From assembly GCF_000372725.1 (NCBI RefSeq), contig NW_005202428.1:2345791-2409790 (forward strand): a DNA stretch of 64,000 nt. Direction: 5' to 3'. Positions 1 to 10,517 of this stretch are shown piece by piece. The notes beneath the pieces are model-generated. The model searched no databases, was not told where the DNA came from, and was given only the letters and a program-made list of their open reading frames with translations. Each line of letters opens with the position of its first letter. The first letter of the stretch is position 1. This DNA comes from Emiliania huxleyi CCMP1516. Lineage: Eukaryota. The position numbers and the translations under genes are program-made.

Positions 1-148
1 CTCGAGGGGGCAGTGGCAGCAGAGCCACGTCCCGGGCCGCCCTCCGTCCGAGCAGTGGCTGTCAGACGGAGCAGTCTCGAGGCCCGGCATATCCGACTCT
101 GCGCGCGCGGCGCTGCGACTAGAGCAGCAGAAGCGGGTCGGGCTGGCG

Positions 149-3100
149 ATGGCGGCGAGGATGAGCGCGACCCGGCCGGAGGCGACCGCCATCGAGGCGG
201 CGAGGGCGGCGGCGGCCGCGGCCGGGCGCGCCGCGTCGATCGTCGGCGATTGCGCGCTCCCCGCGGCGGCGGCGGCGGCCTCTGCGGCGAGCGCCGCCTT
301 CGGGCTGTCACAGCCATGCGCCGACTCGCGCCTCTCCAAGCTGGAGCAGCAGCGGCTCGTCGCTTTCGAGGTGTCGCAGCGGCTGCATGGCCACCCCGGC
401 CCGTCGGTCTACGCCGCGCACCAGGAGAGAGAGAGGGAGCAGCAGCGGCACCCCTCCCCAACACGACCTTCCCACACTGGTCCTATCACCGCACAGGCCA
501 ACGCGGCGGAGCGGGCGAGCAACGCCATTCACGCTCGCGCGCAAGGGCGCTTCCTGGCGGCGCAGGCGGCGGCGGCCCAAGCAGCGCAAGTGGCGGCGGC
601 GCAGGCAGCGCACACGGCGCAGGTTTTGGCTGCGCAAGCAGCGCAGTCGGCGCAGGCGGTGCAGGCGACGGCATTCGCGGCGGCGCAGGGTCCCTTCGGA
701 ACGACCCAGGCGCCGGCGGAGCAGGCGATGTTGCTCGGCGCCGGCACCAGTGCCGGCCGCCTCTCCTCGCTTGACCACCTCTCCTCGGGGCTCCCGAATC
801 GGCACCAGCGCAACATCGACGCCGAGCAAGAGTGGAATCTCGCAAACGGCTTCAACTCGAACCACGACCACTGCTTGAAGGCCCTCCCCTCTTCACACAT
901 CGCCGTCGCCCACACGTCCGGTCCAGCCGGCCATTTCCCTCCCCGCAGGTCGGCCTTTGCACTTGCAAGGCGGCCAACCTCCGGCTGCCCCCGCGCCGGT
1001 GCGCCGAGCCCGCAGAGTCGACGGGCCTCACGCCGGCTGCGGCCGAGGTCGAGGAGCCGTGCTGGGCGTGTCGCGGCCGCCACCGGGCACACACTTGCGG
1101 CAAGGGTGGCTCCCGCAGCGGGTTCTCCCGGAGGGGCGACCAGGTTTCCTCCGCAGCTTGCGACCCGGCGCAGCCCTCGCAGTCAGCGCTGGAGGCGTGG
1201 GACCCCAGCGCTGCCGCTGCGGAGCGTCTCGCGGCGGAGAGGGCGAGGCGGGCGGCGGAGGAGGAGGAGAGGGCTGCGGTGGACGAGAGCGGCGCTGCGT
1301 CGGAAGCGTCCGAGGAGTCGGACGAGGTTGTCGTGTGCACGAGCGAGCTCGCGGACGCCGGCGGCGAGGATAGCGCGGAGGCGGTGGTGACGGAGGCGGC
1401 GGGGACGGTGCAGCTCGTCTCCGCGCCTCAGTTCTGCGCCTCGGTGCGGTGCCCGTACTCGCACGAGGCACAGCTCAACGACCAGCTTCCGCCGGACGAT
1501 CTGCTCCTCCTGTGCGACGGGCCAGGCTGCGAGGCGGCTTGGCACCAGCAGTGCTTGGACCCGCCGCTCGCCGAAATTCCGGCCGGCGATTGGTTCTGCC
1601 CCAAGTGCGCTACGTCTCGCCCCGCCGAGTCTCTCGTCTCCGCGCCTCAGTTCTGCGCCTCGGTGCGGTGCCCGTACTCGCACGAGGCACAGCTCAACGA
1701 CCAGCTTCCGCCGGACGATCTGCTCCTCCTGTGCGACGGGCCAGGCTGCGAGGCGGCTTGGCACCAGCAGTGCTTGGACCCGCCGCTCGCCGAAATTCCG
1801 GCCGGCGATTGGTTCTGCCCCAAGTGCGCTACGTCTCGCCCCGCCACCTCTCGCAGAGGCAGCAAGAGTGCCGCCTCTGCCGCCAAGACGCAGGCAGATG
1901 GGCGGATCGCCGCGGTCGACCTCGACGCGTCGACAATCGAGGGCGACCACGATGGCCGGTTCGTCATCCTCGCCGCGGGCTGCCCGATCAACAAGGTTGA
2001 GGAGCTCGAGGCAGCCAAGGAGGCTGCCCCTCGCGGCAGCGGACCGGGCAGCGGCAAGCCGCTTTGCTCGGCACACGAAATTGAGCGCGCCTGCGCAGCG
2101 GCAGCCCTCGCCCATCTGCGCACGCCCGGCACCGAGCGCGCGTTTGGGTGCCGCCGGTCTGCCGGCTGCGACAAGATGCGCCCGCACCGCGGCTCGTGCG
2201 CTCGCGTGCCTCAACTCCTGAGCTACGATTTGGACCTCCTCGGCTGCCGCATCTGCACCACCGACGTGGACGGGCGGTCGTGGTACGGCCGTGTCATCGC
2301 ATGGCGGCGAGGGCAGCTCTACGCGATCTACGACGCCAACCCGTCCAACGTCGAGCCCATCGCCTTGCACGACGCGGTCGAGGACGCGCTCGCTTTTGAC
2401 AAGCTCGACCCGGACGTGAAGAAGCGCATCACCGCAGAGAAGATCGACTTCGCGCCGGAAATCGCCGTCGTTGCCGAGGCGACGGCCGAGGCCACCATCG
2501 CTGAGCTTGCGCAGAGCGCGGCGGCGGCGGCGCGGCGTGCGGCGTCTCGGAATGTGCGAAAGCGCAGCCACGACAGCGGCGGCGGCGGCGGCGGCGCGTC
2601 GGTGGCACCTGAGAAGCGGCACTCGGGAGGCGGCGACGGCAGTCGCCCCTTCTCTGTCGGCGACGAGGTCGTGGCACGCGGGCAACGTGGCCGGCTCCTC
2701 TCGTCTGGGAACGGCTTCTACCAGGTCCAGACGGAGGCGGGCGTCGTCATCAGCGTCCGCGGCCGCGAGCTGTCAGCGGTCGGCAGCGGTGGCGGCGGCG
2801 GCGGCGGCAGTTCTGCCGCATCGGTGGCACATGAGAAGCGGCACTCGAGAGGAGGCGACGGTCGCCCCTTCTCTGTCGGCGATGAGGTCGTGGCACGCGG
2901 ACAACGTGGCCGGCTGTTCTCGTCTGGAAACGGCTTCTACCAGGTCCAGACAGAGGACGGCGTCATCAGCGTCCGCGGCCGCGAGCTGTCAGCGGTCGAG
3001 AGCTACTCCTCCTCGTCGCCGGCCCAGCTGACGGCGCCCTCGCCGAGCTTGCAAGCGCCGGCGCCCGCAGATCCGGAGCCGAATGCACCGCCACGCGCTG

Positions 3101-4269
3101 GCTTTGAGATCTCCGATTTCTCGGAAGGGCTGTACATGGACGGGTGGTCCTGCGGCGAGTGCGGCTTCGTCTTGGTCAAGGCCGAGGCGAGCGAGGAGGC
3201 AGTGTGGCGATGGTTCAGCTCCGGGGAGATGGAGGACATCTGCTTCACCTGCCACCCCCGCTTTGCGCCTCGCACCGGGCCGACCCTGGAGCCCGCCGCT
3301 GCTGTGCCGTCGGGTGCCGCGTCTGAGGTGTCGCCGAGCGAAGACAGGGACTCGGGCGACGATGAGAGCGGCCTGGTGTGTGCCGACAGCGCGGCTGCGG
3401 GCAGCGTCAGCCCATCCACTCCCCCCCCTCTCTCCGAGGAGGGTCCCATCCCGCCGCTGGATTCGATGGGCGCGGCGGGCGCCGCGCGCGCGCCGGAGGA
3501 GCCTCGAGCTTTGGCACAGGAGGCCGTGCTGGGTCCGGCAGCAGAGGCGGCCACGGCGATGGTCGAGGGGGTGGCAGAGATGGCGTCGGCAGAGGCAGCG
3601 GCGGGCGACCAGCGAAGCGGCGAGGAGGCGGCGGCAGAGCTGAAGGAGCCAGCCGAGTCAGCGTCGTCTGCCAAGCGCGGCAGCCACGAGGCGGCTTGAA
3701 GGCTGCTTCGGGCCCCGAGGATGGTCTGGCCAAACTCAGGGCGTTGTTCGGTCTTGATAGGTGTTTGGGGAGGAGACGCCGGCGTCCAAGCGCGCGCACA
3801 AGGCGGTGCAGCGCCTCGGCCACAACGACGCCTGGGGGGAGGGGCTAGCCTCTCGCTGGGCCTCGTCGGCAGCCGGCGAGGGCGAGGCCCCGGCGGGCGC
3901 GCCGGGCGCGTTTGCAGACGCTCCCTCGACCGACTCGAAGCTCGCTGGCGCCGCTGCCGCCCCCACCGACAATGAGGACGCCGCCGCCACCGCTGCAAGC
4001 GGCACCGGCGGCGGCGGACCGCAGCTCCCACTTCCCCCTCGACCACGCGCACCATCTCCGTCGGCGAGGGCACCGCCGGCGCCGGCTCTGACCGCTCCAA
4101 CTGCCACTGCCGGGGAGAGCAACCGGCATTTCTCCATCGGCGATGAGGTCGTGGCACGCGGACAACGTGGCCGGCTCCTCTCGTCTGGGAACGGCTTCTA
4201 CCAGGTCCAGACGGAGGATGGCGTCATCAGCGTCCGCGGCCGCGAGCTGTCAGCGGTCCGCGGCAGCAG

Positions 4270-4303
<34 letters not shown>

Positions 4304-4591
4304 GGCGGCGGCGGTGGCGGCGGCGCTGGTGGCGGCAGCGGCGGGGCCGGCGGCGGCGGCGGCTCGAGTCGGTCCGTTTCTGCGGCGAGTCTTCCTCCGG
4401 GCTGGACGGTGGAGGAGCGGACGTCCAGGTCGGGCCGCGCGTACAAGGTGTATCATGGGCCCAACGGCGAATACGCCGAGTCGGTGCCGCAGGCGCGCGA
4501 GCCGGGTGAGCACCCTCCCTACACCGCCCTTGCTCACTTGCCGAGATTACCGTTGTAGGCTTGGCTGGGCGGACGAATGGGCGGGCGGTAA
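149..4591 (+). CDS. Multi-exon chromatin-reader-like protein (2 PHD fingers, Tudor-like domain, 3 SH3/KOW-like repeats, C-terminal MBD-like domain); may begin upstream of the window
   Basis: Contains a duplicated PHD motif (LLLCDGPGCEAAWHQQCLDPPLAEIPAGDWFCPKC), a Tudor-like WYGRVIAW...YD segment, three FSVGDEVVARGQRGRL repeats and LPPGWTVEERTSRSGRAYKVYHGPNG. Phase-0 GC-AG introns at 881-948, 3691-3760 and 4493-4558 join ORFs 149, 832 and 3761 in frame. Stop TAA at 4589-4591. The frame is open from base 2. Confidence 0.75.
1414..1845 (+). repeat. Exact tandem duplication of the PHD-coding segment (period 219 bp)
   Basis: 1414-1626 and 1633-1845 read identically. Confidence 0.95.
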
Positions 4592-5069
4592 TGCTCATCT
4601 GGAGGAGACAATGGTCACGGCGCCCTTGCTGCCGTGCTTCGCTGTCTGGTATGTGAAAGGGCGGGGGGTGCGTGGCGGACACTCACTCTCTGTTTCCGCC
4701 ACGCACCTCGACTCCTCGAGCTCGAGGGCCAGCGCGCACCTTGTGATCGATCACGTCGAGCGAGAGTCGACTCTTTATGACGATGTGATTGGGTGTGAGA
4801 GTAGAGGAAGGTTTCGCAGGAGAGAGTGCGGTTGGTGCCCGCGAAGTAGTGTCCGAATTATCTTTTGCTTCTTGGACTTGGTAACTTGGAAGAGATGGAA
4901 CGTGTTGCCACTTCTAGTAAGTAGTATATCTATATTCCTTACTAAAACTATCAATGAAGCTAGTAAACAGAATACAGTTGGAATTCATCTCCCACCAAAG
5001 CTCGAGCTCGCTGCGTGTGCCAAGGAGCTGCCAGCTGGCCCTGCTTGCGCAATGGGCAACGCAACGGCT

Positions 5070-7016
5070 TTACGCCGCCGCGGTGACTGCGGTGCCTTGC
5101 GAGGCCGGAGAACCAGCCGGAGAGCCAGCGATGCAGGAGAGGTCCATGCACCAACGCGGCCCCGCGCCGTCGGGCAGGTAGGAGCCGAGGTGCGTGCCTG
5201 CTCACACACACAGCGTGAAGAAGCGCCATCAGCAGTCGGGCGGGCGAAGGCCGAGGGCGCGTGCCGCGGCGCCAGGCTTGCTGAGGTCTAGCCGAGGTCC
5301 AGCCGAGGTCTAGCCGAGAGGTCCAGCCGAGGTCTAGCCGAAGTCCAGCCCATATCTAGCTTCAGCGCGCGCCGCAGCGCGAGGAGACGAGACCAGACTT
5401 GACGTCGGTCACCACGTTGGCCGCAACCACCTGCTTGCGCGCACACGCCAGTGGAGAGACGGCGGGCCGGACGCCCCCGCGCTGCGCCATGCCCGCTGCA
5501 GTGGCTCTCGCGGCGCGTCCTTTTCCTCGGCCACATCTCGGCTACATCTCGGCTTCACCTCGGCGGTGCGGAAGGAGGGCCAGCCGTGCTCGTCCGTGTC
5601 GGCCTTGAAGGCGGCGAGGGAGCGGTTGAGCGGCGCGCGGAACAGCGGCAGCCCGCAGACGGAGTCGTAGAAGGTGGTGACGCCGGCGTCGAGCCTGGAG
5701 TAGAGGGCGATGTCCGGGGCTTGGTAGAGGAAGCGCGGCTCGGCGTAGGCGACCTAAGGTCGCAGCTGTCTGCCATCACGGCAGCGTCTCTCTTCTCCAT
5801 CGGGGCGGCGGCGTGCACGCGACCGTGCGGTTGTCGCAGCAGACCGCCTCGGCGAGGCTCTCGGTTGCGGGGAGCGGCACGGGCACGGTGGGCTGCTCGC
5901 GGCCAGAGATGCCGAAACGAAGCTGCTTCTGCACCGCGCCGGAGCAGGTTCCGAATGGCGCGGGCGGCCGGGTGGCTGTGCGAGACGCAGTCGTGGCGGC
6001 GGCCGGTGCGGCGGCGGCGGCAAGGGCGGCGGGGGAGGAGACGGTGAGGAGTGGGGTGGAGTTGGGATGGGGGGCGGCCGGGACGGCGGAGACGGACTTG
6101 AGCTCGAGATGGACCTTCCCGACGGCGCCCTCGGCCCACAGCTCGACCCTCTGCAGGGAGGAGAGCCTATGCGGTGTGCCAGGAGGGGTCGTGCAGTGCA
6201 CGGGGTCGTGCAGTGTGTGCGCCTCGAGTGCGAGGGCCACGAATACTGTGGACAACTCCTGCATCCTGCCCGCATCTAGGGAGGGCGAGCTTCTTGGCCG
6301 TCAGGCAGGCGGAGGCGTCCTCGGAGCACTCCTTGGTGTGCTCGCCCGTGGCGGGAGACCAGAGGTCGGAGAAGGACGCGAACGGGACAGAGACGGCGTG
6401 CCAGCCGTCGCCAGCCGGCACGGAGAACTTGGCCTTGTAGCAGCCGCGCGAGAGCGGGATCGAGCCTCCGCCCGCACAGGAGTATGGCGGGGCCACCGCG
6501 CCGGCGGCGAGGCTGACGCGGAAGCCCGCGTACTGCGGCGTGGTCGAGCGGACTTCCAGCTCGAGCGCTCCGGCGGAGGCGGAGGCGGCGTCGGGGAAGG
6601 CGCCGTCCGCCGCCGCCTTGATGAAGCCCGGCGCCTGGAGCGATGGCACGTCCACCACCTCGCCATCCATCACGCCAAAGGTTGGCATCACGCTCCTGAC
6701 AGTGCACAGGAACCAACGTCTCCAGCACTCAAGTGCTCAGCGTGTCAGGCCTAGTGCCGGCGTGGGCACATATGTGTGTTCGCGACTGTGTGTTCGACTG
6801 TGGGTTCGCGACTGGTCGGGACACACAGCGAGGGGAGGGCAGTGGAACGCGCCAAGTCCCCGAGCTGCGGCCGCCCATTACGGGATCATTCAGTTCAACA
6901 AATTCGTGCGTGGTGGCCTTTTCGCCGTCAAAGGTAACCAGCGGAATGGAGGCGAGCACGGTGGGAGTGGTGGCCGTCGAGAGAACCTGCTTGACAGTGG
7001 CGGCGAAGGCGAGCAT
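5070..7016 (-). CDS. Multi-exon CIA30-like (galactose-binding fold) plus MsrB/SelR-like domain protein
   Basis: Exon 1 has ELNDPVMGGRSSG (CIA30 signature), followed by PGF...VPFASF. Later exons give TFYDSVCGLPLF..HGWPSFR and CGTHLGSYLPDGAGPRWCMDLSCIAG (MsrB-like). Stop at 5070. Confidence 0.75.
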
Positions 7017-7235
7017 TGCTGTTAGAGACAAAGGCTCGACACGGCCGACTTCGATAACCGGCTAGCTCGCCTTCGACGGTGCATCCGGCGTGGGGGGCGC
7101 GGCTGTTTTCTTTAGTTGCCATTTCTTTTTTGTGTTTCCGTGAAAAAAGAATAAGGGCGGGCGTTCGCGCGTTGCGAGCTGCTTTCGTTGCTGCTACACA
7201 CCACAATTTCCTCCACGCTGGCGCTTATCTGTGCC

Positions 7236-8631
7236 ATGGGCGCCAGCGCCGTGCCGGGCGTCCGCCGCTCCGCGCGCTTGATGCAGGAGCTTCCTGTCGC
7301 AAAGCGAGAGAGGCCAGTAACAGGAGAGAGGCCAGTCGCAAAGCGAGAGAAGCGCAGGGAGGTGCCGGACACTAAGCGCGAGAAGGCCAAGGCGTTCGCC
7401 ACCGCTGCCCACGCCTCGACCGCTCGCGAGGCGTCCGCCCGGGCGGACGGCGTGGAACTCATCGTCGGGTACGCGACTACTCCTGTCCCTCAGACACTGC
7501 GCATCGCCTCTATCGCCACTCTCCCTGCTGCCCTCGCGCCGGATCGCGCCACACCCCGTCCACAACCCGCAGGTGCGACGAGGCGGGGCGGGGCCCTCTT
7601 GCCGGGCCAGTCGTCGCCGCGGCCTGCGCCTTTTCGCCGGGAGCCGAACCGATTCCGGGCGTCGGCGACTCAAAGAGCATCGCCGACGAGGTTCCGGGCG
7701 CCCAGTAGTGGCAGTTAGTCGACTCGGCCGCGGCGCCGGTAGCCGAGAGCTGCGGTGGCAGCTGAGCTGCAGTGGCCGCGGCGGCGCCTCACCCACCCTC
7801 ACCCCGGCCTTCCTCTCCTTGACACGCGAGTCCTCGCCCGCAGGCGGAGCGCGAGGCGCTGTACGAGCAGATCGTCGCGGCGCCAGGCGTGGTGTGGTCC
7901 GCGCGCGTCGTGAGCGCGGCCCGCGTCGACGAGGTCAACATCCTCATGGCATCGCTCGAGGCCATGAGGCTGAGCATCGTGGACGTGCTCGGCGCGAGCC
8001 AGCGCCGGCCGGCGACGGCCCTGGCGTTGATCGACGGCCCGTTCTCGCCCTGGAAGGAGGGCGAAAAGTACGTCGACTTCCAGCAGCCACAGCCGCCGTC
8101 CGATGTAGCGCTTCAAGTGGAGCCGATCAAGGGCGGCGACGCCAAGGTGTACTGCATTGCAGCGGCGTCGATCCTCGCAAAGGTGACTCGCGACCGACTC
8201 ATGCGAAGGTGTGCCGCCGCCACTGTGGGCTGGCGGGCCGCATGCTCGACCTCCCTTCCTCCTCCCCGCCGCTTGTTTCTCTCGGCCACCCCCGCGGTCC
8301 GAGGGCCCTTTCTCCGGCGCAGGTACGCAGAGCTGTGGCCCGAGTACGGCCTCGCGGAGCACAAGGGCTACCCCACCGCCAGGCGCTCCGGACCCGCCTC
8401 GAGAGCCGCGCGAGCTCCGAGGCCCTCCCGGGGCGCGATGTCCCCCATGACGCCGACTCCCCTCCACCGGGCAGGCACGTGGCGGCGATCGCCAAGCACG
8501 GCGCCACCGCCATCCACCGGCGCACCTTCGCGCCGCTCAAGGCGCAGGAGTTGCCACCGCCGTCCGCCGACGAGCTTCGGCAGATCGAGGCCATCGAGGC
8601 TGCGGCGCAGGCGAAGGAAGGCACTCCGTAG
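7236..8631 (+). CDS. rnhB: Ribonuclease HII (bacterial-type), about 5 exons
   Basis: Spliced motifs IVG|CDEAGRGPLAGPVVAAA, DSK, VDEVNILMASLEAM, IDG, IKGGDAKVYCIAAASILAKVTRD, YGLAEHKGYPT and HRRTFAP. Confidence 0.92.
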
Positions 8632-8969
8632 TCCGTACGTCGCCGGTCACCCGCTGGTCACCACGTCCCGTGGGGGTGCCAGAGCCGAGTGTGATGCGAC
8701 TCGCAGGCAGCTCTGATGGACACTTTTGGCGAGAGCCGAGAGCCCAATACATCGTCACCGAGTACATGAGTACGTATACTATCTTACTCGAACTCCACGA
8801 TTTTCTTTCTTTATCCGAATATTTCCTGTTTTGAGCATGTCATGTGCAAAAAAAAAATTGCGTTTTACCTGCGAAAGACACTACTCTCCCCCCCCCGTCA
8901 CTTGTCCCCCTTGGCGTGGCGCGCCTCTCCCCCAGCTCTCGGTATCGCGTACTTGTCCCCAGACAAGGT

Positions 8970-9198
8970 TATGGGAGTGGCCATAACAGGTGTTATGGCT
9001 GTTATGGCTGGCTGCTCATAACACCCCATAACACCTCATAACACCTCATAACACCTCCATCGCTGTTATGGCTGTTATGCCCACCCTACCATAACACCTC
9101 ATAACACCTCATAACACCTCATAACACCTCATAACACTCATAACACATCCCACTGGTTGTTATGACAGCCAGCATAACAACCTCATAACAGCTGTTAT
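8970..9198. repeat. ATAACACCTC 10-bp tandem array with an inverted-repeat-bounded MITE-like unit (about 8970-9088)
   Basis: Many CATAACACCT units and complementary TGTTATGGC units. The right end TGTTATGCCCACCCTA reads TAGGGTGGGCATAACA on the minus strand, resembling the left end TATGGGAGTGGCCATAACA. Confidence 0.6.
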
Positions 9199-9301
9199 GT
9201 GTCACGGATTTTTCTTTTGGACGCCGCGATAAACCCGGCGTAGGGTAAATTCTTCTTTTTGGAGCGCCCGCCCCGCGCCGCGTAGCTACTACCAGCCAAC
9301 C

Positions 9302-10195
9302 ATGGCCTACCGGATGAGGATGTTCATGAGCCAGAAGCCCTCGTCGGTTGACCTGCGCGTCTCCGACTTCAAGAGGGTTCCCGGCTTCAACTATGTGCTG
9401 TCTGTGTCGGCGGAGGACGAGCACACGTACGACTCGCTGTGCTCTGATATCCGAGAGGCGTGGTCCATCAACGCGTCAAACGGCCTGCAAATCTACGCGT
9501 TTCCCGAGGGAACGAAGGACGAGTCGGCGACGTTTGTCAACACGCCGAAGGTGTTTCAGAGCGTCATGTCCGTTTGGTGGTCCCGGCCATCCGACCTCGG
9601 CTCGGACATGTGGCTGGCCGTCGTCGAGATTCCGAGCAAGCAGCAGAACGCGCCCCTGTTCGGCACGTTGGAAGTGGCGGCTCCGCTGAGCGTGGCGCAC
9701 TCAGCGGGTGAGCTCGCTCGTAAGCTCGCGCCCAAGGCGCCAGCGATGGGCGACGGCACAGGCTCAAAGGAGAAGCGCGACCGCGAGGCACCGGCCGAGA
9801 AGAAGAAGAAGAAGAAGAAGAAGGCCAAGGCGGCGACGGACGCGGCGCCCGGAGACGAGGACATGGAGGAGGACGAGGAGGAGCAAGGCAAGCTGCGCAT
9901 GCAGCAGGTCGCCGCCGCGCAGACCATGCTCGACAAGCTGCATGCCAACACCAAAAAGATGCCGTACGTCCTCGCGTCGCAGGGCGAGGGCGACACTCGC
10001 CCGGACAACCGGCTCGTCCTCATCCACCGTGCAGCAACGCGTTGGCGCCGCGGCCAAATCTTGAGACCAGAGTCTTTCCGAATTCGAGGAGCGTGTCGTA
10101 CCGCGACGGGTCAGCTCTCGTTAGCTCTGATTCGAGCCCGAGCGCCTCTGCACAAAAGCGATCGACCGATTGATAGAGAACATGTCGCCGGTTGA
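9302..10195 (+). CDS. Hypothetical protein with a degenerate 3' part; possibly transposon-associated or a pseudogene
   Basis: ATG-initiated ORF with a globular-looking N-terminus and poly-K and acidic tracts. Coding character decays after about 10040 and the copia fragment follows. No family recognised. Confidence 0.35.
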   Translation: MAYRMRMFMSQKPSSVDLRVSDFKRVPGFNYVLSVSAEDEHTYDSLCSDIREAWSINASNGLQIYAFPEGTKDESATFVNTPKVFQSVMSVWWSRPSDLGSDMWLAVVEIPSKQQNAPLFGTLEVAAPLSVAHSAGELARKLAPKAPAMGDGTGSKEKRDREAPAEKKKKKKKKAKAATDAAPGDEDMEEDEEEQGKLRMQQVAAAQTMLDKLHANTKKMPYVLASQGEGDTRPDNRLVLIHRAATRWRRGQILRPESFRIRGACRTATGQLSLALIRARAPLHKSDRPIDREHVAG

Positions 10196-10517
10196 GCGCG
10201 CCGGTCGAGAGGAGATGCTGAAACATCGCCGGGACCAGGTCCAGCTCGAATGGCAACCTCACACCGTCGAGCCCGGCCTGCTCAGCAGCCTGCTCTAACT
10301 CTGCCAGCTCACGTTCGATACGGGTCGGCCCGATCCGGAAAGGAGTGCAGGGCATCAGCAACGCGGAAAGCAGCAACATCCATCGATCGATCGATGAGTC
10401 ATCCGGATGAGGAAGAGTTTTACAACTTACTCGCTCGCACGACTGGCACGGAGCTTTCGTGCAAGCCCCACCCGGGCGGCGGGTGGACCAAGGGGCGTTC
10501 CGCCCTGCTTGCTCTAG

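Noticed and set aside
9302..10195. Possible Fanzor/TnpB or transposase next to repeats
   Set aside because: No RuvC, zinc-finger or DDE motifs were recognisable.
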